A DNA stretch of 64,000 nucleotides from Phoronis australis (lineage: Eukaryota > Animalia > Phoronida), in contig NMRA01000358.1 in the NCBI GenBank assembly GCA_002633005.1, positions 186,001 through 250,000 of the forward strand, read 5' to 3'. The number at the start of each line of letters is the position of its first letter. The stretch's first letter is position 1. The notes under the pieces are model-generated. The model did not search any database. It was not told the origin of the DNA and saw only the letters and a program-made list of their open reading frames with translations. Both the position numbers and the translations under genes were made by a program. Positions 63,241-64,000 of the stretch are shown one piece after another.

Positions 63241-64000
63241 TTGACACGAGAGATGATGTGAGAACACAAATAATGAAACTAAAACAACGATTCAGTCACT
63301 CAGACACCACTACTGTGGTGGCATTTTTCCAAGTGTTCACAGCATCACACTACCAGTAGGAAGAATTGTTGAAAAGTTTTGATTAGGCCATGAAAGTGTC
63401 CCAATATTTTCTCAGCCTGGTAAGTATCCATTATGGAAAGCGTTACTTACCTAAACACAAGCAATCACATTTGATCATCATTGAGACTTTCATTTGTCAT
63501 GGTGGGCGACTGACGTCATCGTAATAACCTAGTTATGCAGATTGTCGTACGGAATTGCCTTGCAACTGGAACCGGGTTCCTGTCGCATAAGTACTACCTA
63601 GCAGCAATTTGAGCAACTGTAGGTCATTTTGATGAAGCCGGCCGTCCTTTAATGAAGAAAGTCTCAACCTGGTTACGTTCGGATTACTCTTTTCACAATG
63701 GTCTCCAGTTATTCCTTAGTCAGATTGAACGCGATTTCTGGATAAGAAAGATCTAAAAGGTCGCTGTCTCTTCAGACCAATCTTATAAATTTCAGGTCAT
63801 GTTATGACCTGAATTGAAATTTTATGAGCTTGTACTGAACTTGAAATGGTCCGAGTTCTGAAGAAGTAATGAAATGCCTCTTATTCCTCGAGTCCATAGA
63901 TCACATCTTAACATGAGAAGACCAATTTTACAACGACAAATGACATTGATCTAAACTTGTTTTTATACAAAACGTGGGTATAATGCTGCTGTAATTTTGT

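Overview
Intron-rich animal genomic DNA, probably from a non-mammalian invertebrate (lophotrochozoan-like; this is inference). Most ORF-track entries are noise, so genes were rebuilt by hand from GT-AG junctions and reading-frame phase. (1) A complete 13-coding-exon TTC38 gene lies on the minus strand (428-14686, ~467 aa). (2) Head-to-head with it, an 18-exon bifunctional pseudouridine-5'-phosphate glycosidase/pseudouridine kinase gene lies on the plus strand (15239-43396, ~713 aa). It has an apparent split start codon (A|TG) and one U12-type intron. (3) The most interesting element is an antisense claudin-family gene nested in its 11.3-kb intron. Three tandem paralogous 'variable' first exons (each TM1 plus extracellular loop 1) can each splice in frame to two shared 'constant' exons, and two of them carry the same octamer-containing motif ~50 bp upstream. 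(4) A disrupted signal-peptide/EGF/TM gene (~52-58.4 kb, minus) carries a frameshift, in-frame stops and two Kolobok-like insertions, with orphan exon-like pieces nearby. (5) The window also holds many non-autonomous DNA transposons, tandem repeats and one assembly gap.
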